Counted from the first letter of the stretch, positions 20,912 to 30,277 are shown. The stretch: DNA of 64,000 bases from an uncultured virus (IMG/VR IMGVR_UViG_3300028840_008159) (IMGVR_UViG_3300028840_008159), one strand, 5' to 3'. Notes: generated by a model from the letters alone, not told the origin. A program made the numbers and translations.

Positions 20912-21858
20912 ATCGACCGATGGAGCTAAGGTGTCGCCTGGGATACGCTTACTTCGGCCCCGTCATCGACGAACCGCGCCCGTCAACCCTCAGGCTCCGG
21001 CCCGTCAAGGCGTTCGTGGCGGTCGCGATCCTGACCCGCATGGGGGGTATCGTCCCCGGTCCCCGACGTGGATCATCCGGGGTGTTGGCTGGGTCGACGG
21101 TCCCCTTTACATGTCCGCCCTTCACATTTCGGGCGCTGTAACGCGAGGTGGAACCGCATGAAGTGCGGGAAGGCGTCCCAGAAACGACGGTGGTCGATAT
21201 TCCATCTCCAGCGAACGCACATTACGAACGGCATGGCGGCTTTCCGCTCGAGCGGCAGCCTGTGGTAATTAACGACTATCTGGTGCCTGGCGATGGTTCC
21301 CGCCATCCGGAGCTTCTCCAACACGCCAGTTGACGTCATGAGTCCCTCCCCATGGACGCCTTGACCGAGCTATCCATGGCCTCGAGGTCGATGTCGATGA
21401 TCCTCCTCGACAGGCGCATGAGGGAGCGCCTCTCCAGCAGCCGGGGGAGGCTGTCCCGGAACCACGGATCGCCGATCAGCTTGGCGTAAGCCCGGTGACG
21501 CTGGGCGTGATGGAGGTTCAGCGTGTCCAAACCTAGCCCCTCGAGGCAGACATGATTCCGTCTTCCGTCCTGAGGATCCCGAAAGACGGGTTCTGGAAGC
21601 TGTTCCAGGCGCCGTCGACCTGCCTCCATTCGACGGACTGGATTCCCGACCACAAACGGGGGGCGTAGCCGATCTCGCTGGTATAGTCCTCGTTGGATGC
21701 TCCTCCGTGGGAAATGACGAACTTGGCGTACCCGGCCCTGATCGGACGCCTAACGACACGCTTCCTCGCCATCGGTTCCTCCTATTCGCCGCAAAACCTA
21801 CCCTCTGGAGAACACGATTTCCAGCCCAAAACCCGAACACGACACGTATGATGCACTC

Positions 21859-23139
21859 ATGGAACTGGTCTTCTGGCAACGCGATGACGTGATCAGGATC
21901 GACTCCGAGGACGCCGAACGGCTCGGCCTCGACCTGGCAGATGGTGACGAGGCCTTGTGGAAGGCCGGATGGAGGGTCGCAAACTCTTCCAGCGGACTTG
22001 CTTACCTGAAGCGATCACGCGGCAGAAGGAGCGTCCCCGCGCACAGGGTAATCGTCGGCTTCTGCGACAAGGACGGCAATCGACTCGAGGGATGCGAGAA
22101 TTACGTCGTCGATCACGTCGACGGGGATGGTCTCAACAATACCCGGTCTAACCTCAGGATCGCCAACGCGCGGATGAATAGCATCAATAAAATCGCGTAC
22201 CGACTACGGATGGGCGACGGATCCGTCGAGGGCTACGCCAAGAGGCTCCACGCGGCGAGGGTCGACGAGGGCAAGGCGGAGCGGGCGCTTCGCCTCGCGA
22301 GGGAGCAGACGTTCGCTTGCGAGGCCGAACTGGACATGGCCGCCTCGAAGAAATGCGGATTGGACGTTGATGACATCAAGGCCCTGAAGAGCTCCCTCCT
22401 TCCCGAACCGTCCAAGAAAGTGGCGGGGACGGGGGATTACGAGCCAAGGAAGGACGACCCCCGTCCCGTGCCCAAGGTTCCCAAGCCGGATTTGGCCCAG
22501 CAAGAACTCAGGAACGTCTACCGCGAGAAAAGGGAGCTGGAAGCCATCCTGTGCGTCCTCGCGCCCGTCCAGATGCACGAACAGAGGATACGGGAGTCCA
22601 ACCGCAGGAAGGACGCCGATCCTGCGGGGATGAGGCTCGCGGAGAAGATAAAGGCCATTCGAACGGGCAACCTGCCGTCGTTACCCCTACCCCAAAAACC
22701 AAAGCCGCGTCGCTATTCTAGGCCCAAATACGAGAGCATCAGGAAGCTCCTTCGCGAATCGCCCGAATTATCTAACCAGGAGATCGCCCGTCGGGTTCCC
22801 GCGACCCCTTCTTACGTGTCACAGGTTGCGGCGCAGCTCAGGAAAAAGACGGCCTCCAAACCCAAACCCGTTACCGAACTCAAACCCGTTACCGAAGCCC
22901 ATGTCCTGGAGCGAGTGCGCAAGCTGCGTCAGCTCATAGACCGTGACCGTTCGAAAAGACGGCGAACGACCTTTTTCTGGGACTCGTACCGGGAAAAGAA
23001 GTTGCGCCGGTTGCTCGATGGCGGCCAGTTCGCGGAGGCGAACGAGTTGTTGGATACAGCGGCGGGAGACTACCGGCGCGGGCCGAAGTACGTCCAGAGA
23101 GCCCGTGAAGTACTAAAAAACAAGGGAAAACCCGTGTAG
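21859..23139 (+). CDS. HNH-endonuclease-domain protein with C-terminal HTH-like region
   Basis: AHRVIV...VVDHVDGDGLNNTRSNLR (phage HNH signature); LSNQEIARRVPATPSYVSQV (HTH-like). Confidence 0.75.
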   Translation: MELVFWQRDDVIRIDSEDAERLGLDLADGDEALWKAGWRVANSSSGLAYLKRSRGRRSVPAHRVIVGFCDKDGNRLEGCENYVVDHVDGDGLNNTRSNLRIANARMNSINKIAYRLRMGDGSVEGYAKRLHAARVDEGKAERALRLAREQTFACEAELDMAASKKCGLDVDDIKALKSSLLPEPSKKVAGTGDYEPRKDDPRPVPKVPKPDLAQQELRNVYREKRELEAILCVLAPVQMHEQRIRESNRRKDADPAGMRLAEKIKAIRTGNLPSLPLPQKPKPRRYSRPKYESIRKLLRESPELSNQEIARRVPATPSYVSQVAAQLRKKTASKPKPVTELKPVTEAHVLERVRKLRQLIDRDRSKRRRTTFFWDSYREKKLRRLLDGGQFAEANELLDTAAGDYRRGPKYVQRAREVLKNKGKPV

Positions 23140-23385
23140 GGTACCCTCTCGGCCCCCAAAATTTAACGATTTACAGAAACTACTTTTCCCTAATTCTTTC
23201 AAACTGGCTCTACACAATCGTGTTCAGCTCGCTGGACATCAGTAAATCTCTAATGGCCCGGGGCTTCCAAGACCGTACACGCGTTACGTTCTCGTGGTAG
23301 CGTTCGAGCTACAACCCAGGTTGAAGACCCCTCATGGCCCTACGATGTAGAACTTCTTGGGGTCATCCGCAGGTAGAACCTGGGC

Positions 23386-23510
23386 ATCGGCGACGGATCG
23401 GCGACGGATCGGCGATCGCCGGCATCGGCGTTCGGCGTTTATCCCCGATCGGCGTTCGGCGTTACCGGCGTGTCGGCGTCCGGCGTATCGGCGTTCGGCG
23501 TGTCCGGCGT
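23386..23510. repeat. low-complexity CGGCG(T/A) repeat tract
   Basis: about 15 CGGCG cores as ATCGGCGACGG, TCGGCGTT and CCGGCGT units. Confidence 0.85.
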
Positions 23511-23654
23511 TTACGGAATTCCTGATGGGTTTACGGAAATCCTAATGCATTAGGGTTTTCTTAATGACGTCAATCGCCAATCCGCCAGATCGTCATTGAT
23601 CCATGAAGGAAAACGACTACGCGGTCGCGAATCTGGCCGTTGGAGGGCCGAACC

Positions 23655-24239
23655 ATGGAAGAAGACACGAGGCAGGCTTGGCGTCGACTCGTCGGCCGAT
23701 GTACTCGGCCTGGGTATGACGGTTATCATGGTGCCCCGATCTGCGGACGATGGCTGAGCTACGACGCGTTCCTGGAGGACATGGGCCGGCGACCCAGCAA
23801 GTGGCATCGCCTCGGCCGGGTGGACAAGGCGCGCGCGTTCGAGCCGGGCAACGTTGGCTGGGTGGAGGATGGCATCCCGTTCGAGGGGACCCGGCTGACC
23901 GTGGCCGAATGGGCCAGCCGGTTAGGCCTCGAGAAGAACACCCTCTGGATGAGGCTCAAGAAACGATGGCCCGTGGAAAGGGCTTTCTCCAAGCCCGTTC
24001 GGGGTTCCCGACGGGGAATCCATGCCCGGAGCATGTGGGCCCTCCGAGTGGACGGGGAGGCGGACGGGGTGACCTTCGAGAAACAGCTATCGAATCCCTA
24101 CGGCAACATGATGGAAGCGGTAATGGCCTGGCGCGCTCTGGTAAGTCGTTGCCTGGAGAAGGGTTATAAATGCAAGTTGGAGTTGATGAGGAGATCCCCG
24201 GAGGAGGATGACTGGGTTCGGGTCATTTCCTACCCCTGA
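23655..24239 (+). CDS. degenerate HNH-like plus HTH phage protein
   Basis: ICGRWLSYDAFLEDMGRRP...LGRVD...FEPGNVGW, with the usual DRIDN/NCRW residues altered; TVAEWASRLGL..NTLWMRL; GGAGG RBS before 23655. Confidence 0.7.
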   Translation: MEEDTRQAWRRLVGRCTRPGYDGYHGAPICGRWLSYDAFLEDMGRRPSKWHRLGRVDKARAFEPGNVGWVEDGIPFEGTRLTVAEWASRLGLEKNTLWMRLKKRWPVERAFSKPVRGSRRGIHARSMWALRVDGEADGVTFEKQLSNPYGNMMEAVMAWRALVSRCLEKGYKCKLELMRRSPEEDDWVRVISYP

Positions 24240-24340
24240 ACGGTCGATTTGCGAGAACGTTAGTTCAGGAGCTTGATTTCATAAATCCTGAAATGTCAAC
24301 GTGTAGGGAGATCGCCAACTAACGATTCCCCGCGAGAACG

Positions 24341-24440
24341 TAAGTTCAGGCACGGTCGAGGAGATCCTGACACGCCCACGAAGAAAGAGACACGGCCAGT
24401 CGAGATCAGGCACGGCGACCGAAAATCAGGCACGTCGGAC
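24341..24440. repeat. five GRCACG boxes at an exact 20-bp period (iteron-like)
   Basis: CACG at 24351, 24371, 24391, 24411, 24431; three units read TCAGGCACG. Confidence 0.85.
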
Positions 24441-24583
24441 AGGCTGATTTCCTGGCCGGGTCGGGGACAAGAAATCTTATGTCCTGCCTGATGGGCGAAG
24501 GGGATTTTCTCGAGGGAGCTTGTCAGGAAAGGACGTTTCGGGCGTATATATAGGTTTGCCCTCGAAAACGCGGCGTCGCGGGG

Positions 24584-24602
24584 ATGTCAACCGGGTTGAC
24601 AT
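24584..24602. promoter_or_regulatory. palindromic operator-like site
   Basis: ATGTCAACC-G-GGTTGACAT perfect inverted repeat. Confidence 0.55.
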
Positions 24603-24942
24603 GGTCCGGGTCCTGGGATTGTCAAAATAACCCCTTTGGCCAATTGGATTTACGCGAAGTGAGCGGCTCACTGTGCTAGCCGGCGCGGTTCTGGATCGCT
24701 TCCTTCGCCTTGATCTGGGCTCTCGGATCGAAAAAACCTTTCCTGGAATTTGTCAGATAAAGCCCCTGGGCGCGTACGTACTATGGGGGTCTGTCCCAAA
24801 ATACGCCCATAAACCGCATGTGTCTCCGAAAGGCGACATGATCGTCTCCCGAACGATCGAAAATCCCTTCCTCTTTATTGTCCCGCGAGATTCCGGCCAG
24901 GTGGATCGAAGGCCCGACTAGGGTCGCGCAAGGAGAAAAACG

Positions 24943-25188
24943 ATGGCAACAGACCCGTTAGCTTCGCGTGCGCAGCCCAAGGCCGGGACGAAGGCTACCA
25001 TCAAAGCCATCGGGGATTTATCGCCGCGTCTTCGCGGGATTCTGGCGGCCTTTCCCGAGGAGTACAAGTTTGGAAAGCTAGGTTCTGCATGGTATTTATT
25101 CGCGGGGTGCAACCCCAATGACCCGAGGGAGGGTTCTTCCGAGGGGGGGTTGGGACTCCCTGGCGGAGGCGATCGAGTGCGTCCATGA
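24943..25188 (+). CDS. hypothetical protein
   Basis: AAGGAG RBS 26 nt downstream of element 24897. Confidence 0.5.
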   Translation: MATDPLASRAQPKAGTKATIKAIGDLSPRLRGILAAFPEEYKFGKLGSAWYLFAGCNPNDPREGSSEGGLGLPGGGDRVRP

Positions 25189-25213
25189 GGACATGTAAAA
25201 AAGGAGAGAAACG

Positions 25214-25531
25214 ATGAAGGCCACGGTGGTATACCCGCCATTCGATAAGGGCGATCACGAGAAGTTCATGAAGGTCGAGGTCGAGTCGGACGACCACGAG
25301 GCGGCCTGCGACGAGCTGTTCGCCCGGTTCAACCACGCCCATCCGGGCGTGACGGGCCAGGACGCGGAGGCGTTCAAGTGCCGGTCGATGTCGGTGGGCG
25401 ACATGGTGTGGTTCGCCGACAGGCGATTCGTGTGTTGCGGGGTCGGGTGGCGCGAGATCGACGAGAAGGAGTCGGACCGGATCCTGCGCATGGACTTCAA
25501 GGAGCGGAGCCTGGAGTTCTCGTTCGGGTAG
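25214..25531 (+). CDS. YodL-like domain protein
   Basis: LFARFN...RSMSVGDMV motif; AAGGAG RBS. Confidence 0.6.
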   Translation: MKATVVYPPFDKGDHEKFMKVEVESDDHEAACDELFARFNHAHPGVTGQDAEAFKCRSMSVGDMVWFADRRFVCCGVGWREIDEKESDRILRMDFKERSLEFSFG

Positions 25532-25608
25532 GGCGAAAGGTGAAACGAAGGCCCGACCCAGGGGCCGTTGAAGGACAGGTTTGAATCGGAGACGGAAACA
25601 AGGAGGAA

Positions 25609-26430
25609 GTGAAGATGGCTGCAAAAGTTGACCCGGCGGTTCTGAAGGCGGCCCTGGAAATGAAGGCCAAGGGCTTGCTGTCGGACGAGCAGTTCGCGGA
25701 GATGACGGGCCAGGAGGCCCCGAAGGCCGAGGCTGCTCCCAAGGAGGAGAAGGCGGTCGTGAGCGGGAAGGGCAACCCCGGCGCGATGCCAGCCGTCGAG
25801 AAGAAGGGCGCGAAGGCCAAGGCGTCCGCTCCGAGCGGCAAGGACAAGCTGAAGGGCTTGGGCAAGAAGACGGCTTCGACGGCCAAGAAGTCGAAGACGC
25901 CGGAGGTGATGATCCCGGAAGCCCAGGACATGATCGAGGAGTACGTCGAGAACCTGGGCAAGATGAAGGCGGCGAAGGCCCGCGTGGACGAGTTGGGCGA
26001 GGACATCGCCCGGTTGTCGGAGCCGCATCGGGTCGAGTTGTCCCGCAAGATGGGCGCGTTGCAGGCGTCCCTCTACGTCAACAAGCGCGTGACCTTCGTC
26101 CAGCCGCATGGCTACAAGATGGTCGGCGAGGACAAGGAGGAGGCGTTGCGCGAGGTGTTCGGCGACGAGTACGACGGCTTCATCCTGCCGAAGATGGAGG
26201 TCAAGGTGGCCGACGCGGACGCGCTGGCCGAGGTTTACGACCAGCTTGAGGCGATCTGCAAGGAGACGGGCATCGACATCGAGAAGCTCTTCAGCGTCAA
26301 GAACACCCTGGCCCCGACCGAGGCGTTGACGGCGGCTCGCGTGATGCGGCCCGACATCGAGGCCTTGTTCGCCAAGGCCGTCGAGCTTGGGCTGCTGGAA
26401 CCCAAGAAGGCGACCATCAAGGAGAAGTGA
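25609..26430 (+). CDS. Lys/Ala-rich N-terminus hypothetical protein, likely abundant
   Basis: 273 aa, strong codon bias, AGGAGG RBS, element at 25536. Confidence 0.8.
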   Translation: MKMAAKVDPAVLKAALEMKAKGLLSDEQFAEMTGQEAPKAEAAPKEEKAVVSGKGNPGAMPAVEKKGAKAKASAPSGKDKLKGLGKKTASTAKKSKTPEVMIPEAQDMIEEYVENLGKMKAAKARVDELGEDIARLSEPHRVELSRKMGALQASLYVNKRVTFVQPHGYKMVGEDKEEALREVFGDEYDGFILPKMEVKVADADALAEVYDQLEAICKETGIDIEKLFSVKNTLAPTEALTAARVMRPDIEALFAKAVELGLLEPKKATIKEK

Positions 26431-26434
26431 GTTC

Positions 26435-26568
26435 CCAAGGGCGCGGGGACAGACGCGCCCGAACGGGCCAGGGGCGGCGGGATCGTCCGCCCCTGGTCCT
26501 TGGCATCAAGCGGCGCCCGTGTGGGCGTCCCGCCGGGGCCGGCCCCAGTACCCCAAGCGGCCCCGGCG
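26435..26568 (+). ncRNA. putative structured intergenic RNA (four stems)
   Basis: stems 26439-45/26454-60, 26465-77/26487-99, 26512-18/26523-29, 26531-41/26558-68; closing CCAA/TTGG; no U-tract. Confidence 0.4.
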
Positions 26569-26796
26569 TCAAGGATTCCCGATGGCCGACCACTACTCCA
26601 TCAACATCAAGCCCCCGTTGACCCGTCCGGGGGGCGAGTCCGACTGGGAGTTCGGCGAGGTCAGGGCGTCCACGGACGAGGAGGCGATCAAGGTCGTCGA
26701 GGAGAACGAGGTCGTCTGGGCCAGGAAGAAGGGGCGTCCAACCGAGATATGGCTTTTCGGCGGGGAGAGGCTCGTCAAGAAATGGAGCGTGCGGCC

Positions 26797-27033
26797 ATGA
26801 GGTGGTGGCTCTGGGTCGTCTGGCCCTTGGCCCTCGTGGCCCTCGTGGTATTATGGATCGGTTCGTGGATGGAGGCCTTGGCGGGGTTCTTGTTCGAGCC
26901 GGGGAACAGGGTCGCGACCTTGATCGTGTTGTGCTGGGCCGGGATGCTGGTCGCCCCGGTGTTCGGGTTTCATTTCGTCGCCGGGATCGTGACGATCCTG
27001 GGGTTATGGATGGCGGGGTTGACTCATGGCTAA
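26797..27033 (+). CDS. small multi-pass membrane protein
   Basis: almost wholly hydrophobic 78 aa; ATGA overlap. Confidence 0.65.
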   Translation: MRWWLWVVWPLALVALVVLWIGSWMEALAGFLFEPGNRVATLIVLCWAGMLVAPVFGFHFVAGIVTILGLWMAGLTHG

Positions 27034-27266
27034 GTTGCACAAGATCACCGTCGAGGTGACGATCCTGACGAGACAGGAGCCTGACGACGCCGGGTTCGAC
27101 ATGTTCCATTCCGGGGACGGGGAGGTCGCCAGGATGCGGACCAAGCGGGAGGAGCTGTCGGAGGAGGAGGGGATTCGTCAGGCGATCTCGATGGGGATGG
27201 ACCACAAGAAGCTCCTGCCCAGGTGAACCGAAGGCCCGGCCAAGGGGTCATGAAAGGGGTTTCCAG

Positions 27267-27632
27267 ATGAGCGCGACGGCCGATTTCCTGATGGAGCTTG
27301 AGGAGGCCACTGATTACCTCCGGGCGCGTCTTGGTTCCCTGGAGGTCAAGCGGTTCGACGAGCGCATCATCGTGACGAACGACCGGAACAAGTACGAGGT
27401 AAAACCGGTCCCTCGCGAGGATTACAAGACCAGCCGCAGGATGAAGGGCTGGATGGTCACGGGTGTCGAGCCAGGTTGGGGGCAACTCGCCATGGTTCGG
27501 AGCTACGAGGACGCGGCCATCTTCATCGAGAAGGACATGGGCATTTACAAGGGCGGCGAGGACGACGGGCTGCCCAGGGCCGAGGACGACGAATGCCCCT
27601 ACTGCGGGGCCGACATGGGAGAGGATCGATGA
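27267..27632 (+). CDS. hypothetical protein with C-terminal CPYCG
   Basis: element at 27219; 121 aa. Confidence 0.75.
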   Translation: MSATADFLMELEEATDYLRARLGSLEVKRFDERIIVTNDRNKYEVKPVPREDYKTSRRMKGWMVTGVEPGWGQLAMVRSYEDAAIFIEKDMGIYKGGEDDGLPRAEDDECPYCGADMGEDR

Positions 27633-27906
27633 ACGACATCCAGGAACTGGCCCAACAGGCGTTCGAGGTCGCAAAACGATCAGTCCGCTTGCTCAAGGAT
27701 GATGTCGATCGGTTCCTCTCGAAACAAATTCCCAAAGGGCCGTACGACAAGGACAACGAGGCGTGGATGGGTTTCCCGTGGTCCTCCGAGGATGGATGGA
27801 ACGTGTTCCGTAGATCCAAACTGACGAGGCTTTTCGGCTGACCAGGTGAGGCGAAGGCCCGGCCTAGGTGTCGGGAGCGAGATGAAGAAGAAGGAGGACT
27901 GAAAAC

Positions 27907-28110
27907 GTGGCCAAGAGACAAAAGAACCCTACGGACTCGATGGCCGACGCTGCCGACAAGCAGGGTTGGGACCAGGACTCGCAGCTCACGCTCGCCCTCC
28001 GTTTCATAGAGGAGAAGAAGATGGGCAACGACTTCCACGAGTTCCTCCTGGACCAGATCGGTACGGAGGAGAACTCACGGGTAGAGCGCGGCTACGGTTA
28101 CGGAGGCTAG
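27907..28110 (+). CDS. small hypothetical protein
   Basis: GGAGG RBS, GTG start, element at 27842. Confidence 0.7.
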   Translation: MAKRQKNPTDSMADAADKQGWDQDSQLTLALRFIEEKKMGNDFHEFLLDQIGTEENSRVERGYGYGG

Positions 28111-28223
28111 GAGCGACGCCATGACGCCTCAAGAAATCTTGCAGGGAGCCTGCGACAAGTCCGGGGGCTAATAGGCCAGGTGAACCGAAGGCCCGACCAA
28201 GGGGGCATGAAAGGGGCGAAGGC

Positions 28224-28547
28224 ATGAACTGGGAATACCTGGACTTCAAGGGCGAGGAGCTGCCCGAGTACGCCGAGAACATCCCGGAGGTGACGCTGGA
28301 GTCGCTGGATCAATGGGTCATGCGGGGTCGCCCGACGGGGGACTTCCTGGCCGCCGTCCTGCGCCACGACCTGTTCGACGCCATGTTCCGGGCCGACGAG
28401 GAGCACCGCCGCGAGCTGCATAACCTGGTCATGTTCATCCACAACCGCCTTCCCGGCAACTGTCATGGGGACGCGAAGACCATGCTGGATTGGCATGAGC
28501 TGGGCGGGATCGAGGGTCAGGAGGCCGCGAAGGCATTGGAGGGCTAG
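28224..28547 (+). CDS. phage protein (GDFLAAVLRHDL...RAD type)
   Basis: element at 28176; motif recalled from phage hypotheticals. Confidence 0.8.
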   Translation: MNWEYLDFKGEELPEYAENIPEVTLESLDQWVMRGRPTGDFLAAVLRHDLFDAMFRADEEHRRELHNLVMFIHNRLPGNCHGDAKTMLDWHELGGIEGQEAAKALEG

Positions 28548-28837
28548 TGATGTCGATGAGATACAGGCAGGTGATCGAGGTCAGCGCGGACCCGTACGGG
28601 ACTTTCCCGATGGACATGCTCCGGTACGACGGCTGCTACCCGGAGGGGAGCGAGGACGCCTCGAAGATCGGGGAGAACCTCCAGCTCCTGGACACAGCCA
28701 GGGGGCCGGAGGATTATCCCGAGAAGTGGGTGATCCGGCTGGTCCGGTTCGTCGAGACCAAGAAATGCGAGCCCACGGTGGGCCGGTGGCGGTCCTTCGG
28801 CTGGGATTGCGAGGTCGTCAAGACGGAGAAATGGTAA
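28547..28837 (+). CDS. phage protein (FPMDMLRYD type)
   Basis: FPMDMLRYDGCYP...PTVGRWRSFGW. Confidence 0.8.
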   Translation: MMSMRYRQVIEVSADPYGTFPMDMLRYDGCYPEGSEDASKIGENLQLLDTARGPEDYPEKWVIRLVRFVETKKCEPTVGRWRSFGWDCEVVKTEKW

Positions 28838-29108
28838 TGGGAGCTTTGAAGAACTACGCGGGCGAGGTGAGCGTGGCCCTGGGCTTCAAGGGCGAGCTGA
28901 ACGAGCGGGTCATCGACGTGGCCTCTCGGGCGATGGGGCCGGTCGGCAAGCTGCCCAGCGAGAAGCGGAATTCGGACGACCCGGAGTTCATCGACCTGGT
29001 GAACCGGATCGACCACGAGATGATGGACGGGGATGACGACTAATGAACCTCCAGGCCGCGCTGGACGAGATCGCCATGTACGTGGACGCGCATCGGTAGG
29101 AGCAGAAC

Positions 29109-29819
29109 ATGCGTTTGATGATCCCCAACAACCCGGTTCGCGTGTCCGTGGACCTCCTCAAGGAGCTGGCCGAGGAGGACCGCGCCAGGTTCGCCAAGAA
29201 TCCTTCGGCCAAGCCGTCGAGGATCGCGGAGGACAAGTGGGACGGCTGGCGCCGGATCGCGTACAAGTTCCTTAACGAGGAAGAGGCGGAGAAAGCCCTG
29301 CATGAGTCGCTGGGCTGCTCCTCTGGCCGGTACGTGTTCCAGTCCAAGCACGGCGACGAGGCCAAGATCGCCATGCCGGACGACCTGCTCGACGAGTTCA
29401 AGGAGCTGTTCCAGGACTTCGACACGTTCGCGGTTGACATGGAATGGGTGGGTCCCCGGAACAAGGACGCGCTCGCGGAGACGTACGGGGAGAAGGACTA
29501 CCACGGATTGCGGTTGTTCAACCTGACCTGGCTCAACGGGCAGTACCTTGGGGCCAGGAGCAACGAGTACGAGAGATACCAGTCGCTCAAGACGATCTAC
29601 GAGCTATGCCGGGCCAAGCGGCCTCACGCGGCTCGCCGGATCGAGGTCGTTCGCTGCTGGGAGCATGATTGGGACGAGATGTTCGAGGAGAACAAGTCCA
29701 ACCCGTGTCTGGAGGGGATCGTGTTGAAACGGGCGGACTCGTTCCTGGTCAACAAGGACAAGAACCCCAAGTGGTTCAAGGTCAAGTACCGGGACATCAA
29801 GGAACCCTGCAAGTTCTGA
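29109..29819 (+). CDS. ATP-dependent ligase-family adenylation domain without OB-fold
   Basis: motif I EDKWDGWR, III DMEW, IIIa LFNL, IV EGIVLKR, V WFKVK; ends about 10 aa after motif V. Confidence 0.75.
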   Translation: MRLMIPNNPVRVSVDLLKELAEEDRARFAKNPSAKPSRIAEDKWDGWRRIAYKFLNEEEAEKALHESLGCSSGRYVFQSKHGDEAKIAMPDDLLDEFKELFQDFDTFAVDMEWVGPRNKDALAETYGEKDYHGLRLFNLTWLNGQYLGARSNEYERYQSLKTIYELCRAKRPHAARRIEVVRCWEHDWDEMFEENKSNPCLEGIVLKRADSFLVNKDKNPKWFKVKYRDIKEPCKF

Positions 29820-29857
29820 GGCCCGGCGTGAGCCGTAAACACATCCCCCAAAACGGG

Positions 29858-29886
29858 TTGACATCCATCCTACCGCCCTGTAGACT
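29858..29886 (+). promoter_or_regulatory. sigma70-type promoter
   Basis: TTGACA-N17-TAGACT, intergenic. Confidence 0.7.
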
Positions 29887-30010
29887 TCAAGAGTGGGCCA
29901 CGCGACGGTCCCTCCCGCCCGGTGACGCCTGAGGCCTCCGGTCCGGGGCGACCTTGCAGGGCGATGAATCGCGTGGCGTGTGGGGTGTCAGAAAGGAAGG
30001 GAGGACGTCG

Positions 30011-30277
30011 ATGAGGCAATCCGTCAGTCGCCCGGCGGGGGCCAAGAAGAAGAAGGCGCGGGGCAAGCTGGCCACCCAGCTAACGATGAGGGAGATGAGG
30101 AGCATCTTCCTCGCCCGCAAGAACGGCATGACGTTCGATGCCATCGAGCGCGATCCACGGTACGGGTTGCGCCAGGTCAACGGAATGACGGCGTGGAGGG
30201 TTCTCCAGAAGTACATGAGGGCCACCGGCCGTCGGTCATGCGCGGGTACGACGTTGCGACCCGCACGCGCCGTGTAG
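30011..30277 (+). CDS. small basic HTH-like protein, similar to the C-terminus of AAA 48265-49662
   Basis: GGAGG RBS; MTFDAIERDPRYGLRQVNGMTAWRVLQKY. Confidence 0.7.
   Translation: MRQSVSRPAGAKKKKARGKLATQLTMREMRSIFLARKNGMTFDAIERDPRYGLRQVNGMTAWRVLQKYMRATGRRSCAGTTLRPARAV

Noticed and set aside
23297..23312. GTAGC-GTTCGA-GCTAC as a tRNA T-arm
   Set aside because: The loop is 6 nt and I could not build acceptor, D or anticodon arms around it; no tRNA called in the window
23334..23545. ORFs across the CGGCG tract
   Set aside because: Translations are repetitive by-products (IGVRR) with no RBS
24584..24625. Divergent sigma70 promoters from back-to-back TTGACA
   Set aside because: No acceptable -10 at 16-18 nt in either direction; kept only as a palindrome
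29043..29111. In-frame TAG upstream of the ligase-like gene suggesting stop-codon recoding
   Set aside because: The TAG is part of the TAGGAG RBS for ATG 29109, and TAG ends genes cleanly elsewhere (6129, 25531, 31446)
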